In this document: positions 1 to 10,044 of the stretch, one piece after another
Layout of the letters: each line of letters begins with the position of its first letter
Position numbering within the stretch: the stretch's first letter is position 1
Assembly: GCA_003554445.1 (NCBI GenBank)
Contig: PWGJ01000059.1
Span: forward strand, 1 to 60,933
Reading direction: 5' to 3'
Origin: Candidatus Nealsonbacteria bacterium
GTDB taxonomy: Bacteria > Patescibacteriota > Minisyncoccia > Minisyncoccales > PWPS01
Length of the DNA: 60,933 nt
Made by a program: the position numbers and the translations under genes
Notes under the pieces: model-generated
What the model was told of the DNA's origin: nothing
Databases searched by the model: none
What the model saw: the letters and a program-made list of their open reading frames with translations, nothing else

Positions 1-855
1 AAAAGTAGAGAAGATCAAGAAAAGATGGGACTTGCACTCAGAAAATTAGGAAAAGAGGACCCCACATTTAAAGTTAAAGGAGATATTGAGACCGGAGAAA
101 CGATAATTTCCGGAATGGGAGAACTTCACTTGGATATAATTATAAACAGATTAAAGAGAGAGTTCGGAGTAGAGGCGGAAGTGGGAAGGCCTCAAGTAGC
201 TTACAGAGAAACTATCAGAAAACCGGCAGAAGCTGAAACCGAATATGTAAAGCAGTCGGGAGGTAGAGGTCAATATGGTCATGTCGAAATAAAGATTGAG
301 CCGAATGAGTATGACAGCAAGGAAGAAAAAGACAGATTGGAATTCGTTGATGAGATTACCGGAGGTGTTATTCCTCAAGAATATATTCCTGCAGTTGAAA
401 AAGGTATTGCCGAGGTTATGGATGAGGGTGTAGTAGCCGGATATCATATGGTCGGGATTAAAGCGACTTTGGTTGATGGATCTTATCATGAAGTTGACTC
501 ATCCAAGATGGCATTTAAAATTGCAGGGTCGATGGCTTTCAAAGAAGCTTGTAAAAAAGCAAGTCCGGTTCTTTTGGAGCCGTTTATGAAAGTCGAAGTA
601 GTTGTTCCTTCTGAATTTTTCGGTGATGTAGTCGGAGACCTTTCCTCCAGGAGAGGAGAAGTCCAAAAAACCGAAAACACCAAAGGTAAGATGGATATTA
701 AAATTGTCAGGGCGAAAGTGCCTCTAGCCGAAATGTTCGGTTACGTTACGACACTTCGATCCCTTACCGAGGGTAGAGGGAATTTCACCATGGAGTTCGA
801 AGAATATAAGCAAGTTCCGGCCAATATAGCTGAAGAGATAAAAGAAAACAGATAA
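1..855 (+). CDS. fusA: Elongation factor G, C-terminal part (5' end lies outside the window)
   Basis: Frame 1 is open from base 1 (...[19 protein letters not shown]...). It has EF-G domain IV/V strings ([20 protein letters not shown]) and a TAA stop. It is followed by tuf, as in the str operon. Confidence 0.95.
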   Translation, partial: KSREDQEKMGLALRKLGKEDPTFKVKGDIETGETIISGMGELHLDIIINRLKREFGVEAEVGRPQVAYRETIRKPAEAETEYVKQSGGRGQYGHVEIKIEPNEYDSKEEKDRLEFVDEITGGVIPQEYIPAVEKGIAEVMDEGVVAGYHMVGIKATLVDGSYHEVDSSKMAFKIAGSMAFKEACKKASPVLLEPFMKVEVVVPSEFFGDVVGDLSSRRGEVQKTENTKGKMDIKIVRAKVPLAEMFGYVTTLRSLTEGRGNFTMEFEEYKQVPANIAEEIKENR

Positions 856-959
856 GGCTGGACTTTTTGATAAAATTATTGTAATATAAAAAGCACTGAA
901 AAATTATAAATTAAAAGTATTAAACAGGTATTATCTTGTTTAATTAACTAAAAAAAATT

Positions 960-2156
960 ATGGCTGATAAATTCGAAAGATCAAAACCACACCTTAACAT
1001 AGGTACCATTGGTCACGTAGACCACGGTAAGACCACTCTTACCGCCGCTATATTAAATGTTTTGAGCATGCAGAGTAATTCAGATATGAAAGCTAGCATC
1101 GAAGACATTGACTCCGCTCCGGAGGAAAAAGCAAGAGGAATTACCATTGCGGTATCTCACCAAGAATATGAAACTGAAAAAAGGCACTACGCTCATATTG
1201 ATTGTCCCGGACACGCGGACTACGTTAAAAATATGATTACCGGTGCTGCACAAATGGACGGTGCTATTTTGGTAGTATCTGCAGCAGACGGGCCGATGCC
1301 ACAAACCAGAGAGCATATTTTACTTGCCAGACAGGTGGGACTTCCTTCTTTGGTAGTATACTTGAACAAGACCGACATGGTGGATGATCCGGAAATGATC
1401 GAATTGGTTGAATCAGAAGTAAGAGAGCTTCTTAACAAATATGAATACGATGGCGACAATGTACCCGTTATCAAAGGTTCCGCACTTAAGGCTTTTGAAG
1501 CGGAGAGTGCTGACGATGAAGCTACGGAATCGATTATTGAACTCATGGAGGCTTTGGATGATTATATTCCGGAACCGGAGAGAGAAGTCGATAAGCCATT
1601 TCTTATGGCTATTGAGGACATCTTTTCAATTGAAGGTAGAGGAACAGTTGCTACAGGAAGAATTGAAAGAGGTGTTATTAACGCCAAAGATGAAGTTGAT
1701 ATTATTGGGCTCAAAGATGAAATTGATCAGACCACGGTCGTAAGTATTGAGATGTTTAACAAAAGTCTTGACAGAGGAGAAGCGGGAGATAATGCCGGAC
1801 TTCTTCTTAGAGGAACCAAAAAAGAAGATATTGAAAGAGGACAAGTTCTGGCTAAGCCCGGGTCAGTTGAACCTCACACGGAATTTGAAGCCGAGGTTTA
1901 CATTCTTGACAAGGATGAAGGTGGAAGACACACTCCCTTTTTCAACGGATACAAACCACAGTTTTATTTCAGAACAACCGATGTAACAGGAGAAGTTGAA
2001 CTCAAAGGAGGAACCGAAATGGTAATGCCGGGTGACACTGCGGAACTTAAAATTAAATTGATTGCACCTATTGCACTCGAAGAAGAGCAAAGATTTGCAA
2101 TCAGAGAAGGTGGAAAAACTGTAGGAGCAGGAGTAGTAACAAAAATTATCAACTAG
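960..2156 (+). CDS. tuf: Elongation factor Tu
   Basis: 398 aa with GTPase motifs [17 protein letters not shown] and NKTD. The family-typical C-terminus (...[10 protein letters not shown]) ends at TAG. Confidence 0.98.
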   Translation: MADKFERSKPHLNIGTIGHVDHGKTTLTAAILNVLSMQSNSDMKASIEDIDSAPEEKARGITIAVSHQEYETEKRHYAHIDCPGHADYVKNMITGAAQMDGAILVVSAADGPMPQTREHILLARQVGLPSLVVYLNKTDMVDDPEMIELVESEVRELLNKYEYDGDNVPVIKGSALKAFEAESADDEATESIIELMEALDDYIPEPEREVDKPFLMAIEDIFSIEGRGTVATGRIERGVINAKDEVDIIGLKDEIDQTTVVSIEMFNKSLDRGEAGDNAGLLLRGTKKEDIERGQVLAKPGSVEPHTEFEAEVYILDKDEGGRHTPFFNGYKPQFYFRTTDVTGEVELKGGTEMVMPGDTAELKIKLIAPIALEEEQRFAIREGGKTVGAGVVTKIIN

Positions 2157-2162
2157 AATTCA

Positions 2163-2483
2163 ATGGCCAAGGAAGAAAACCTTAACAAGATCAGAATAAA
2201 GCTCAGAGGATACGATCACAAAGTGATTGACAGTAGCGCAGAACAAATTGTAGAAACAGCAACAAGGTATGGGAGTGAGATATCGGGTCCCACTCCCTTA
2301 CCTACCGAGATTAAAAAATATACGGTTAACAGATCTACGTTTGTTAACAACAAGTCAAAAGAGCAATACGAGGTCAGAGTGCATAAAAGAATTATCGATG
2401 TTATGGATGCTAGCCCGAAAGTATTGGATGCACTTAGAAACCTCACTTTACCCAACGGTGTTAACATCGAAGTAAAAATGTAA
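2163..2483 (+). CDS. rpsJ: 30S ribosomal protein S10
   Basis: 106 aa, S10 family (IRIKLRGYDHKVIDSS...), 6 nt after tuf. Confidence 0.96.
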   Translation: MAKEENLNKIRIKLRGYDHKVIDSSAEQIVETATRYGSEISGPTPLPTEIKKYTVNRSTFVNNKSKEQYEVRVHKRIIDVMDASPKVLDALRNLTLPNGVNIEVKM

Positions 2484-2508
2484 AGCTTTTCGGCTTTACT
2501 TTTTCTTT
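2480..2508 (+). terminator. Intrinsic terminator enclosing the rpsJ stop codon
   Basis: GTAAAGC (2480-2486) pairs with GCTTTAC (2493-2499) around a 6-nt loop, followed by TTTTTCTTT. Confidence 0.6.
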
Positions 2509-2653
2509 GAAATTTTAGTTTAATGCTTAAAATTACCGACTAGCTCAATGAAGTTGATAGGCTTTCCGAGTCGGGGGAGAGCCCGACATTTTTGCTTGAC
2601 GAAATAACCTCGATATTTTTACATCTGAAAAGCCGATATTTGCTTGAAAAATT

Positions 2654-3250
2654 ATGAAATTTATCTTAGGAAAAAAAATAGGGATGACGCAAGTTTTCGA
2701 TGACAACGGAGACGTTGTTCCGGTGACTCTGGTTGAGGCCGGGCCTTGTGTCGTTACCCAAATAAAAACTGAAGAGAACGATGGCTATAAGGCAGTACAG
2801 GTTGGATTCGATAGACTCAAGGAGAATAAAGTTAAAAAACCACAGATGGAAAAACCTTTCCGTTTTCTGTGTGAATTCAAGGCGGAAGTGGATGACCTGA
2901 AAGAAGGTGAAGAGATCAATGTTTCAATTTTTGAAAAAGGAGATAAAGTTAAAATTTCCGGAAAATCCAAAGGAAAAGGTTTTCAAGGTGTAGTTAAAAG
3001 ACATGGATTTGCGGGACAGTCAAGAACGCACGGAACGAAGCATGATGAAAGAAGAGGTGGTTCCATAGGGTCCGCTTATCCGCAAAGAGTAATGAAAGGA
3101 AGAAAAATGCCCGGAAGAATGGGTTCTGACAGAACAACTGTTAAAAATTTGGAAATAGTCAAAGTTGATCCGGAGGAAAATACGTTAGCGATAAAAGGAG
3201 CCGTTCCGGGTGGTAAAGGAAATATTTTAGAAATAACCGACGCTAAATAA
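2654..3250 (+). CDS. rplC: 50S ribosomal protein L3
   Basis: 198 aa, L3 signature GKSKGKGFQGVVKRHGF. Confidence 0.96.
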   Translation: MKFILGKKIGMTQVFDDNGDVVPVTLVEAGPCVVTQIKTEENDGYKAVQVGFDRLKENKVKKPQMEKPFRFLCEFKAEVDDLKEGEEINVSIFEKGDKVKISGKSKGKGFQGVVKRHGFAGQSRTHGTKHDERRGGSIGSAYPQRVMKGRKMPGRMGSDRTTVKNLEIVKVDPEENTLAIKGAVPGGKGNILEITDAK

Positions 3251-3266
3251 TATTGAAAACAAGAAT

Positions 3267-3890
3267 ATGAAAATTCCCGTTTACAACAATAAAGGAGAGA
3301 CCGATAAAAAGACCGATTTACCGGAAGATATTTTTGATTTGAGTGTAAATACCGATCTTGTGTATCAGGTGGTAACGTGTCAGCAATCCAACCGAAGGCA
3401 AAATAGCGCCCACAGCAAGGATCGTTCCGAAAAACGCGGTGGCGGACGTAAGCCCTGGAGACAAAAGGGAACCGGGAGAGCAAGACACGGATCAATCAGA
3501 TCTCCAATATGGAGAGGAGGTGGTGTAACCTTCGGGCCCAGAAACGAAAGGAATTACAAAAAGAAGATCAATAAAAAGGAAAAAAGAAAAGCACTTTTTA
3601 TGAGTCTTTCGGGAAAAGCGCGGAATGATCTTTTAGTTGTTATAGATGATTTGGAAGTTGAAGAACCGAAGACTAAAGAACTATCTTTTCTGAAGGAATT
3701 GCCATGTCAAGAAGGCTCTGTTTTGATAGCGATGGATAAAGTTGATAATAATTTACTTCTTGCTTCTAGAAACTTGCCGGATGTTGATGTAATGGAGGCG
3801 AGAAACTTGAATGCTTTGGATGTTTTGAGTTACAAATATATTGTTTTGCCCGAAAGTTCAATCAAAGTAATTAAGGATACATTCATATGA
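3267..3890 (+). CDS. rplD: 50S ribosomal protein L4
   Basis: 207 aa with RKPWRQKGTGRARHGS. The TGA stop overlaps the rplW start (ATGA). Confidence 0.96.
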   Translation: MKIPVYNNKGETDKKTDLPEDIFDLSVNTDLVYQVVTCQQSNRRQNSAHSKDRSEKRGGGRKPWRQKGTGRARHGSIRSPIWRGGGVTFGPRNERNYKKKINKKEKRKALFMSLSGKARNDLLVVIDDLEVEEPKTKELSFLKELPCQEGSVLIAMDKVDNNLLLASRNLPDVDVMEARNLNALDVLSYKYIVLPESSIKVIKDTFI

Positions 3891-4165
3891 AAAAGGTGAT
3901 AAAAAAACCGCATATTAGTGAAAAGTCAACCAGACTCACCGAAGAGGACAATTCTTACACTTTTGTAGTGGATAAAGATGCAAATAAAATTGAAATAGCG
4001 AGAGCGGTCGAAGACAAATATGATGTTAATGTTGAGAAAGTCACGGTGGTAAAGATTCCGGCTAAAAAGAGACGATTGGGTAGAATTGAAGGTGTAAAGA
4101 AGGGTTACAAAAAAGCAATAGTAAAGATAGAAGAAGGTCAAAGCATAGAGATTCTTTCTTCTTGA
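3887..4165 (+). CDS. rplW: 50S ribosomal protein L23
   Basis: 92 aa, L23-like (PHISEKS...YTFVVDKDANKIEI), at the expected position in the S10 operon. Confidence 0.93.
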   Translation: MKKVIKKPHISEKSTRLTEEDNSYTFVVDKDANKIEIARAVEDKYDVNVEKVTVVKIPAKKRRLGRIEGVKKGYKKAIVKIEEGQSIEILSS

Positions 4166-4200
4166 CAAAAAAATTAAATTTGATTTAATAGTAGACGTTT

Positions 4201-4983
4201 ATGAGTCAAAAACCGGACAAAAACAGTCGCCCCCCGAAGTCGTTAACAGTTAGTATGAAAAAATCGGGAGGAAGAAATAATGATGGAAAAATGACTGTCA
4301 GAACAAGAGGTGGAGGTTCCAGAAAATTGTGGAGGAAGGTTAATTTCGGGCAAGAAAAGATGGGAGTTAAGGGAGAAGTCGTAAGAATTGATTACGACCC
4401 TAACAGGTCCGCTCACCTTGCTTTAATCGAGTATGAAGATGATGATATAGGTTACATCTTGGCTCCTCACGGCATTTCTTCCGGAGACGAGGTTATCGTG
4501 GATGAAAATCCTAAAATTAAAATAGGTAACAGGATGCCTCTTAAAAATATTCCAATCGGAACACAAGTACATAATATTTCATTCAATAAAAATGGTGAAG
4601 GTAAGATGGTTAGAGCAGCTGGAGCCTCGGCAGTCGTATTGGCTCAAGAAGGTAAACACACTCACCTGAAGATGCCTTCGAAAGAGGTTAGAAAAGTAAA
4701 TCGTGATGGATTTGCAACAGTCGGAGAGCTTTCCAATCCGGAACACAGATATAAGGATAAAGGCAAAGCCGGAGCCAACAGAAACAGAGGAAGAAGACCG
4801 AAGGTCAGAGGTAAGGCAAAGAACGCAGTTGATCATCCCCACGGTGGTGGTGAAGGAGGTTCTACGATAGGCCTTAAACACCCGAAAACACCAACCGGTA
4901 AGCCGGCCAAGGGTGTAAAAACCAGAAAGAGAAAGCATACCGACAAGTATATTATTCAAAGAAGAAAGAAAAAGAAGAAATAA
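4201..4983 (+). CDS. rplB: 50S ribosomal protein L2 (short N-terminus, poly-Lys C-terminus)
   Basis: 260 aa with KKSGGRNNDGKMTVRTRGGG and HPHGGGEG motifs. An in-frame TAG at 4192-4194 precludes a longer N-terminus. Confidence 0.95.
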   Translation: MSQKPDKNSRPPKSLTVSMKKSGGRNNDGKMTVRTRGGGSRKLWRKVNFGQEKMGVKGEVVRIDYDPNRSAHLALIEYEDDDIGYILAPHGISSGDEVIVDENPKIKIGNRMPLKNIPIGTQVHNISFNKNGEGKMVRAAGASAVVLAQEGKHTHLKMPSKEVRKVNRDGFATVGELSNPEHRYKDKGKAGANRNRGRRPKVRGKAKNAVDHPHGGGEGGSTIGLKHPKTPTGKPAKGVKTRKRKHTDKYIIQRRKKKKK

Positions 4984-4995
4984 TTTTTAAAAAAT

Positions 4996-5280
4996 ATGGC
5001 GAGAAGTCTTAAAAAAGGACCAAATATAAATGAAAGGCTTTTGAAAAAAGTTAAAGATCAAAAGCCGGGTGACGGAGTGATTAAAACTTGGGCGAGAGAT
5101 GCTGTAATTACACCGGAAATGATAGGTTTCACCTTCGGTGTGTATAACGGTCAAAAACATATTGAGGTTCAAGTTACTGAAGATATGGTCGGTCATAAAC
5201 TTGGTGAGTTTTCCGAAACCAAGAAGTTTATTAAACATGGTGGTCGAATGCAAAGAGAAGCTGAAAAAGAAAAAAAATAA
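4996..5280 (+). CDS. rpsS: 30S ribosomal protein S19
   Basis: 94 aa, S19 family (SLKKGP...[13 protein letters not shown]). Confidence 0.96.
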   Translation: MARSLKKGPNINERLLKKVKDQKPGDGVIKTWARDAVITPEMIGFTFGVYNGQKHIEVQVTEDMVGHKLGEFSETKKFIKHGGRMQREAEKEKK

Positions 5281-5286
5281 AGAGTT

Positions 5287-5805
5287 ATGAAAGTTGATGC
5301 AAAATTAAATTATTTAAGAATTTCACCTCGTAAGGTCAGATTAGTTGCTGACCTGATAAGAGGAAGAAGAGTTTCCGAGGCTGAGAATCGATTGAGTTTT
5401 ACGACAAAAAAAGCAACCAAACCTTTGGGTAAGCTCTTGAATTCGGCTATTGCTAATGCTGAGCATAATTTTGATTTAAATAAAGATAATTTATACATTT
5501 CGGAAATAAGAGTTGATCAGGGCCCCACTCTCAAAAGATGGAGGCCGCGAGCGAGAGGAGCTACGAATCAGATTCAGAAAAAAACTTCACATGTAACTAT
5601 TGTGCTTGAAGAGATTGAGCCCGGTTCTGAAATCAAAACCGGCAAGAAGGGAAAGATAAATATTGTTCAGAAAAAGGAGAAGCCGAAAGAGGATATTGAT
5701 GATGGTAGAAAAGAAAAAGGAACGAAGCCACCCAAAAAAGGTGATAAGACGAAAAAAGAACAAAAAGGTAAAGGAGGTAATATTTTTAGACGTAAATCAA
5801 TATAA
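5287..5805 (+). CDS. rplV: 50S ribosomal protein L22 with Lys-rich C-terminal extension
   Basis: 172 aa. An L22 core (ISPRKVRLVADLIRG...) is followed by a basic tail of about 60 aa. Confidence 0.94.
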   Translation: MKVDAKLNYLRISPRKVRLVADLIRGRRVSEAENRLSFTTKKATKPLGKLLNSAIANAEHNFDLNKDNLYISEIRVDQGPTLKRWRPRARGATNQIQKKTSHVTIVLEEIEPGSEIKTGKKGKINIVQKKEKPKEDIDDGRKEKGTKPPKKGDKTKKEQKGKGGNIFRRKSI

Positions 5806-5808
5806 AAC

Positions 5809-6459
5809 ATGTCTCAAAGATCCCATCCCAGAATTAAAAGAATAACTACTACGACTGACTGGAAGTCGAAAGGATTTTATAATGGAAAGTATCCACAATA
5901 CCTCAAAGAAGATCATCTGATCAGAGAGTATATGAATGATAAGTTGGAAGATATGGGGGTTGCGGAAATTGAGATAAGAAGATCCCCTTCCGAATTGAAT
6001 ATTGTAATTCACTCTTCTCGCCCCGGAATCGTTATCGGAAGAGGAGGAGAAGGAGTTAAAAAATTAAAAAGAGGATTGGATAAAATTTTAGATAAAAAGG
6101 GATTGGGATCGGATAGAAAAATCAGAATTGAAGTTAAAGAGGTTAAGGATCCTTGGTCCAACGCCTCAGTAGCCGCTAAAGAGATGGCGAAACAGCTTGA
6201 AAAGAGAATGCATTACAGAAGAGTGATAAAGCATGCAATGGGAAAGATAACTGCCAACAGAAATGTCAAAGGGGCAAGAATCGAAGTTGCCGGAAGACTA
6301 AACGGAAGTGAGATTGCCAGAACCGAACATATTTCGGAAGGAAATTTACCCAGAGAAACTTTAAGAGCCGATCTGGATTATGCATTCGAAGAGGCTTACT
6401 GCAAATTTGGAGCAATCGGTGTAAAAGTTTCAATTTACAAAGGAGAAAAATTCAATTAA
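5809..6459 (+). CDS. rpsC: 30S ribosomal protein S3
   Basis: 216 aa with a KH-domain GxxG (GRGGEGVKKLK) and the S3 C-terminal domain. Confidence 0.96.
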   Translation: MSQRSHPRIKRITTTTDWKSKGFYNGKYPQYLKEDHLIREYMNDKLEDMGVAEIEIRRSPSELNIVIHSSRPGIVIGRGGEGVKKLKRGLDKILDKKGLGSDRKIRIEVKEVKDPWSNASVAAKEMAKQLEKRMHYRRVIKHAMGKITANRNVKGARIEVAGRLNGSEIARTEHISEGNLPRETLRADLDYAFEEAYCKFGAIGVKVSIYKGEKFN

Positions 6460-6460
6460 C

Positions 6461-6874
6461 ATGTTAGTACCGAAAAAAGTAAAACACAGAAAAAGGCACA
6501 AAGAGATGAAGCGACTCAAGGGAGTCGCCAGCTCGGGAACGAAGGTAGAGTTCGGAACTTACGGACTGAAGACACTGGATCCCAAATGGCTTACCTCCAG
6601 GCAACTGGAAGCTGCCAGAAGGGCGATAATCAGATATTTGAGAAAAGGTGGTAAGATGTGGACGAGAGTTTTTCCGGACAAACCCGTAACGAAGAAGGGG
6701 TTGGAAGTCCCGATGGGAGGTGGTAAAGGGGCGGTTGATAGATATGTCGCTCCCGTTAAACCAGGCAGAGTGATATTTGAGCTTGACGGTATCGACGAAG
6801 AAACTGCGCGTGCCGCTTTTTCCAAAGCTTCCGATAAATTACCGATAAAGACTAAATTTGTAAAGAAAAAATAA
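6461..6874 (+). CDS. rplP: 50S ribosomal protein L16
   Basis: 137 aa, L16 family (MLVPKKVKHRKRHK...GGGKGAVD). Confidence 0.96.
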   Translation: MLVPKKVKHRKRHKEMKRLKGVASSGTKVEFGTYGLKTLDPKWLTSRQLEAARRAIIRYLRKGGKMWTRVFPDKPVTKKGLEVPMGGGKGAVDRYVAPVKPGRVIFELDGIDEETARAAFSKASDKLPIKTKFVKKK

Positions 6875-7068
6875 TGCAACCTGAAAAGTTAAGAGAAAAA
6901 AAAGAAGAAGAATTAAAAAATCTTCTCTCTGAGAAAAGAGATAAATTGCAAGAGGTTAAATTTAATCTTTCCTCAGGGAGGGTTAAAAATGTCAAAGAAG
7001 CCAGAAATCTTAAAAAGGATATTGCCAGGATATTAACCATTCTAAACGAAGGTTCTTATGAAAAATAA
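6874..7068 (+). CDS. rpmC: 50S ribosomal protein L29
   Basis: 64 aa coiled-coil L29-like protein. The TAATG overlap with rplP is the canonical position. Confidence 0.9.
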   Translation: MQPEKLREKKEEELKNLLSEKRDKLQEVKFNLSSGRVKNVKEARNLKKDIARILTILNEGSYEK

Positions 7069-7294
7069 ATTAAAAGGAATTGTCGTCTCGGATAAACAAG
7101 ACAAAACGGTAGTTGTTGAAATCACCGATGTGAAAAAACATCCACGGTATGAAAAAAGATACGAAGTCAATAATAAGTTCAAAGCTCATGATGAAGATAA
7201 TGAAATGAAAGAAGGAGACGAGGTTGTAATTGAGGAGACAAGACCGATTTCTAAGGAAAAAAGATGGAAAGTAGTTAAAAAGATTAAGAGTTAA
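7058..7294 (+). CDS. rpsQ: 30S ribosomal protein S17
   Basis: 78 aa, S17 family (GIVVSDKQDKTVVVE...HPRYEK). Confidence 0.94.
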   Translation: MKNKLKGIVVSDKQDKTVVVEITDVKKHPRYEKRYEVNNKFKAHDEDNEMKEGDEVVIEETRPISKEKRWKVVKKIKS

Positions 7295-7300
7295 AGAGTT

Positions 7301-7672
7301 ATGATTCAGCCGGAAACAAAATTAAAGGTAGCTGACAACGCAGGAGCAAAAGAGATTAAATGCTTCAAGGTTTTGGGTGGATCAAAGAAAAGATACGCTC
7401 AAATTGGAGATGTTATTGTTGGCGCTGTTAAAAAAGCGGAGCCGCGAAAAGAGATTAAGAAGCATGATGTTGTCAAAGCGGTGATTGTCAGGCAGAGAAA
7501 GGAGTATAGAAGAAAGGACGGTTCTTATATCCGTTTTGATGAAAATGCTGCAGTCGTTATTGATGGAGAAACCAAAGAACCCATTGGTGGAAGAATTTTC
7601 GGTCCTATCCCCAGAGAGTTGGCTGATAAAGGTTTTAAAAAGATTACTACCCTAGCTAAAGAGATAGTATGA
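7301..7672 (+). CDS. rplN: 50S ribosomal protein L14
   Basis: 123 aa, [18 protein letters not shown]..., L14 family. Confidence 0.97.
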   Translation: MIQPETKLKVADNAGAKEIKCFKVLGGSKKRYAQIGDVIVGAVKKAEPRKEIKKHDVVKAVIVRQRKEYRRKDGSYIRFDENAAVVIDGETKEPIGGRIFGPIPRELADKGFKKITTLAKEIV

Positions 7673-7977
7673 AGATTAAAAAAGATGACAAAGTTGTTAT
7701 AATTGCCGGTAAGGATAAAGGAAAAACCGGTAAAGTAATGCATGCTTTTCCCAAAGATAAGCAGGTTATTGTTGAAGGCTTGAATTTGATGAAAAAACAT
7801 GTAAGACCGAAAAAACAAGGCGAATCCGGTCAGATAATTGAATTTCCCGCTCCCCTTGATGTTTCCAATGTTAAGCTGATTTGTTCAAAATGCAATGAAG
7901 CTACCAGGGTTGGAATTGAGCGTGACGGAAAAAATAAAAAAAGAGTTTGTAAAAAGTGTAAAAAGAAATTTGAATAA
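7669..7977 (+). CDS. rplX: 50S ribosomal protein L24 (KOW domain plus CxxC...CxxC tail)
   Basis: 102 aa with KOW motif ([17 protein letters not shown]). ATGA overlap with rplN. Confidence 0.94.
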   Translation: MKIKKDDKVVIIAGKDKGKTGKVMHAFPKDKQVIVEGLNLMKKHVRPKKQGESGQIIEFPAPLDVSNVKLICSKCNEATRVGIERDGKNKKRVCKKCKKKFE

Positions 7978-7979
7978 TT

Positions 7980-8537
7980 ATGGAAGGCTTGAAAGAAAAA
8001 TTCAGAAAAAAAGTTATAGATGAAATGATCGATGAATTCGATTATAAGACTCCGATGGCCGTACCTCGACTGGAGAAAGTGTCGATAAATATAGGAATAG
8101 GTGAAAAAATAAAAGGAAAATCATCGGACAAACAGCAAGAGATAATTGATTACGTAGTACGAGAAATCGCTTTAATTACGGGGCAAAGACCGGTAGTGAC
8201 CAAAGCGAAAAAATCAATTTCCGGTTTTGAAATAAGAAAAGGTGATCCCGTTGGAGTTAAAGTGACTTTGAGGGATGAAAAAATGAATAACTTTGTAGAA
8301 AAGCTTATTAATGTTGTTCTTCCCGGACTCAGAGATTTCCGAGGTCTTAACCCCGATTCAGTGGATAATTCCGGCAACTTTACACTCGGCATTGAAGAAC
8401 ATATATCTTTTCCTGAAATTCCGGCTGATGAACGTGATGACATTTTAAGTTTGCAGATTACGATAACAAATACAGCAGAAGAAAGAGAAGAAGGCCTCGC
8501 TTTACTTAAAAAGCTAGGTTTTCCCTTTTCAAAATAA
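7980..8537 (+). CDS. rplE: 50S ribosomal protein L5
   Basis: 185 aa, L5 family (PRLEKVSINIGIGE...). Confidence 0.96.
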   Translation: MEGLKEKFRKKVIDEMIDEFDYKTPMAVPRLEKVSINIGIGEKIKGKSSDKQQEIIDYVVREIALITGQRPVVTKAKKSISGFEIRKGDPVGVKVTLRDEKMNNFVEKLINVVLPGLRDFRGLNPDSVDNSGNFTLGIEEHISFPEIPADERDDILSLQITITNTAEEREEGLALLKKLGFPFSK

Positions 8538-8550
8538 ATTTTAATAATTT

Positions 8551-8736
8551 ATGGCAACAAAAGCACAAAAAGAAAAAGCGAAAAAAGAACCGAAGTACAG
8601 CACCAGGAAAGTTAGAAGATGTTTTCGGTGTGGAAGAAGTAGAGGATATATGAGAGACTTTGGTCTTTGTAGGATTTGCTTTCGCGAAAAAGCAAATGAA
8701 GGTGAAATTCCCGGAGTAAGAAAATCAAGTTGGTAA
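8551..8736 (+). CDS. rpsN: 30S ribosomal protein S14, zinc-binding type Z
   Basis: 61 aa with CFRCGRSRG...CRICFRE cysteine pairs. Confidence 0.95.
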   Translation: MATKAQKEKAKKEPKYSTRKVRRCFRCGRSRGYMRDFGLCRICFREKANEGEIPGVRKSSW

Positions 8737-8741
8737 ATATT

Positions 8742-9131
8742 ATGACAGATCCAATAACAGACATGCTAAATAGGCTGGAAAACGGTCAAGCCGTTAACAA
8801 AAAGACGATTGATGTTCCTTTTTCCAAAATAAAATATCAGATTGCCAAGGTTTTGGAATCGGAAGGATTTATAGAATCCGCAGCAAAAAAGGGAAGAAAT
8901 CCCAAGAAAGTTATCAGAATAAATTTAAAGTATGAAGATGAGAAGCCGGCAATTACCAACATGGAAAGAGTATCGAAGCCGGGGAGAAGAGTTTACACCT
9001 CACTGAAAGACATCAAGCCGGTTCGAGGAGGTTATGGAATTTCAATTATATCCACTTCCAAAGGAATAATGACAAACAAAGAAGCGAAGACAGCCGGTCT
9101 GGGTGGAGAAATTTTATGTAAAGTTTATTAA
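8742..9131 (+). CDS. rpsH: 30S ribosomal protein S8
   Basis: The ATG at 8742 gives MTDPITDMLNRLENG..., the typical S8 N-terminus. The ORF-track start at 8730 is a TTG inside the rpsN stop region. Confidence 0.94.
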   Translation: MTDPITDMLNRLENGQAVNKKTIDVPFSKIKYQIAKVLESEGFIESAAKKGRNPKKVIRINLKYEDEKPAITNMERVSKPGRRVYTSLKDIKPVRGGYGISIISTSKGIMTNKEAKTAGLGGEILCKVY

Positions 9132-9135
9132 AATC

Positions 9136-9678
9136 ATGTCTAGAATAGGAAAAAAACCAATAAAATTACCCGAAAGTGTCGATTTGGAAATTGATGGCAA
9201 AACGGTCAAAGTAAAAGGGCCGAAAGGAGAATTAGAAAGAGAGATAAGGCCTGAAATCGGTGTTGAAAAAAAGGATGACACTTTAGTTTTTAAAATTGAA
9301 AAAGAGACTAAAAGAGCTCCCGCATTTTTGGGACTGGAAAGAAGTTTGTCATTCAATATGGTAAAGGGTGTAACCGATGGATTTGAAAAGGTTCTTGAGT
9401 TGCACGGAGTAGGTTATAGGGCGAGAATGGAAGGAACTACACTGGTTGTAGAGGCTGGATTTTCTCACCCCGTAAAGATGGAAACTCCCGATGAAGTTGA
9501 TATCACTGTAGAAAAAGGAAAAATAAAAGTTTCCGGGATAAAAAAAGAGAAAGTAGGTCAAGTTGCAGCCAAGATAAGAGATATCAGACCTCCCGAACCG
9601 TATAAAGGAAAAGGTATAAGATATGAGGGAGAAGAGATTATGAGGAAAGAAGGTAAAAAAGCAGTAGGTTCCGAATAA
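9136..9678 (+). CDS. rplF: 50S ribosomal protein L6
   Basis: The ATG at 9136 gives [12 protein letters not shown]..., the typical L6 N-terminus. The upstream part of the track ORF overlaps rpsH. Confidence 0.94.
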   Translation: MSRIGKKPIKLPESVDLEIDGKTVKVKGPKGELEREIRPEIGVEKKDDTLVFKIEKETKRAPAFLGLERSLSFNMVKGVTDGFEKVLELHGVGYRARMEGTTLVVEAGFSHPVKMETPDEVDITVEKGKIKVSGIKKEKVGQVAAKIRDIRPPEPYKGKGIRYEGEEIMRKEGKKAVGSE

Positions 9679-9682
9679 AATT

Positions 9683-10033
9683 ATGTTAAAAAAATCCAGA
9701 AAAAGAAGACATAAAAGGATAAGATCCAAAATCAGAGGCACAGAAGAAAAACCTCGTTTGAATGTTTACAGATCAAATAAACATATATACGGTCAGCTTA
9801 TTGATGACACGACCGGTAATATTTTAGCTTCGGCAAAGGATATGGATATCGATAAAAAAATTGATGATGAAAACAGAAAAGTGAAATTAGCCTTCGAAAC
9901 CGGTAAGCTTTTAGCGGAAAGAGCTTCAGAAGAAGGAATTAAAAAGGCTGTTTTTGATCGCGGAGGTTATAAATATCATGGCAGAGTGAAAGCTTTAGCC
10001 GAAGGTGCAAGAAAAGGCGGTCTTAAGTTTTAA
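9683..10033 (+). CDS. rplR: 50S ribosomal protein L18
   Basis: 116 aa, L18 family ([18 protein letters not shown]...). Confidence 0.95.
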   Translation: MLKKSRKRRHKRIRSKIRGTEEKPRLNVYRSNKHIYGQLIDDTTGNILASAKDMDIDKKIDDENRKVKLAFETGKLLAERASEEGIKKAVFDRGGYKYHGRVKALAEGARKGGLKF

Positions 10034-10044
10034 GATAAATTATT

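Noticed and set aside
4166-4260. A possible frameshift hiding the missing ~25 N-terminal residues of L2.
   Set aside because: The in-frame upstream codon at 4192-4194 is TAG. The alternative frame (..KFDLIVDVYESKTGQKQ..) has no start codon and no convincing similarity to the L2 N-terminus (KPTSPGRR). I treated it as a genuinely short L2.
8730-8741. N-terminal extensions implied by the ORF-track starts of rpsH (8730), rplF (9103), rpsK (21666), infA (20959), mreB-2 (31045), rnc (58791), rpsP (59586), galT (15567) and the 46323 ORF.
   Set aside because: The extensions begin at TTG or GTG, or overlap the preceding gene. The family-typical N-termini start at the internal ATGs (8742, 9136, 21726, 20980, 31063, 58851, 59604, 15570, 46332).
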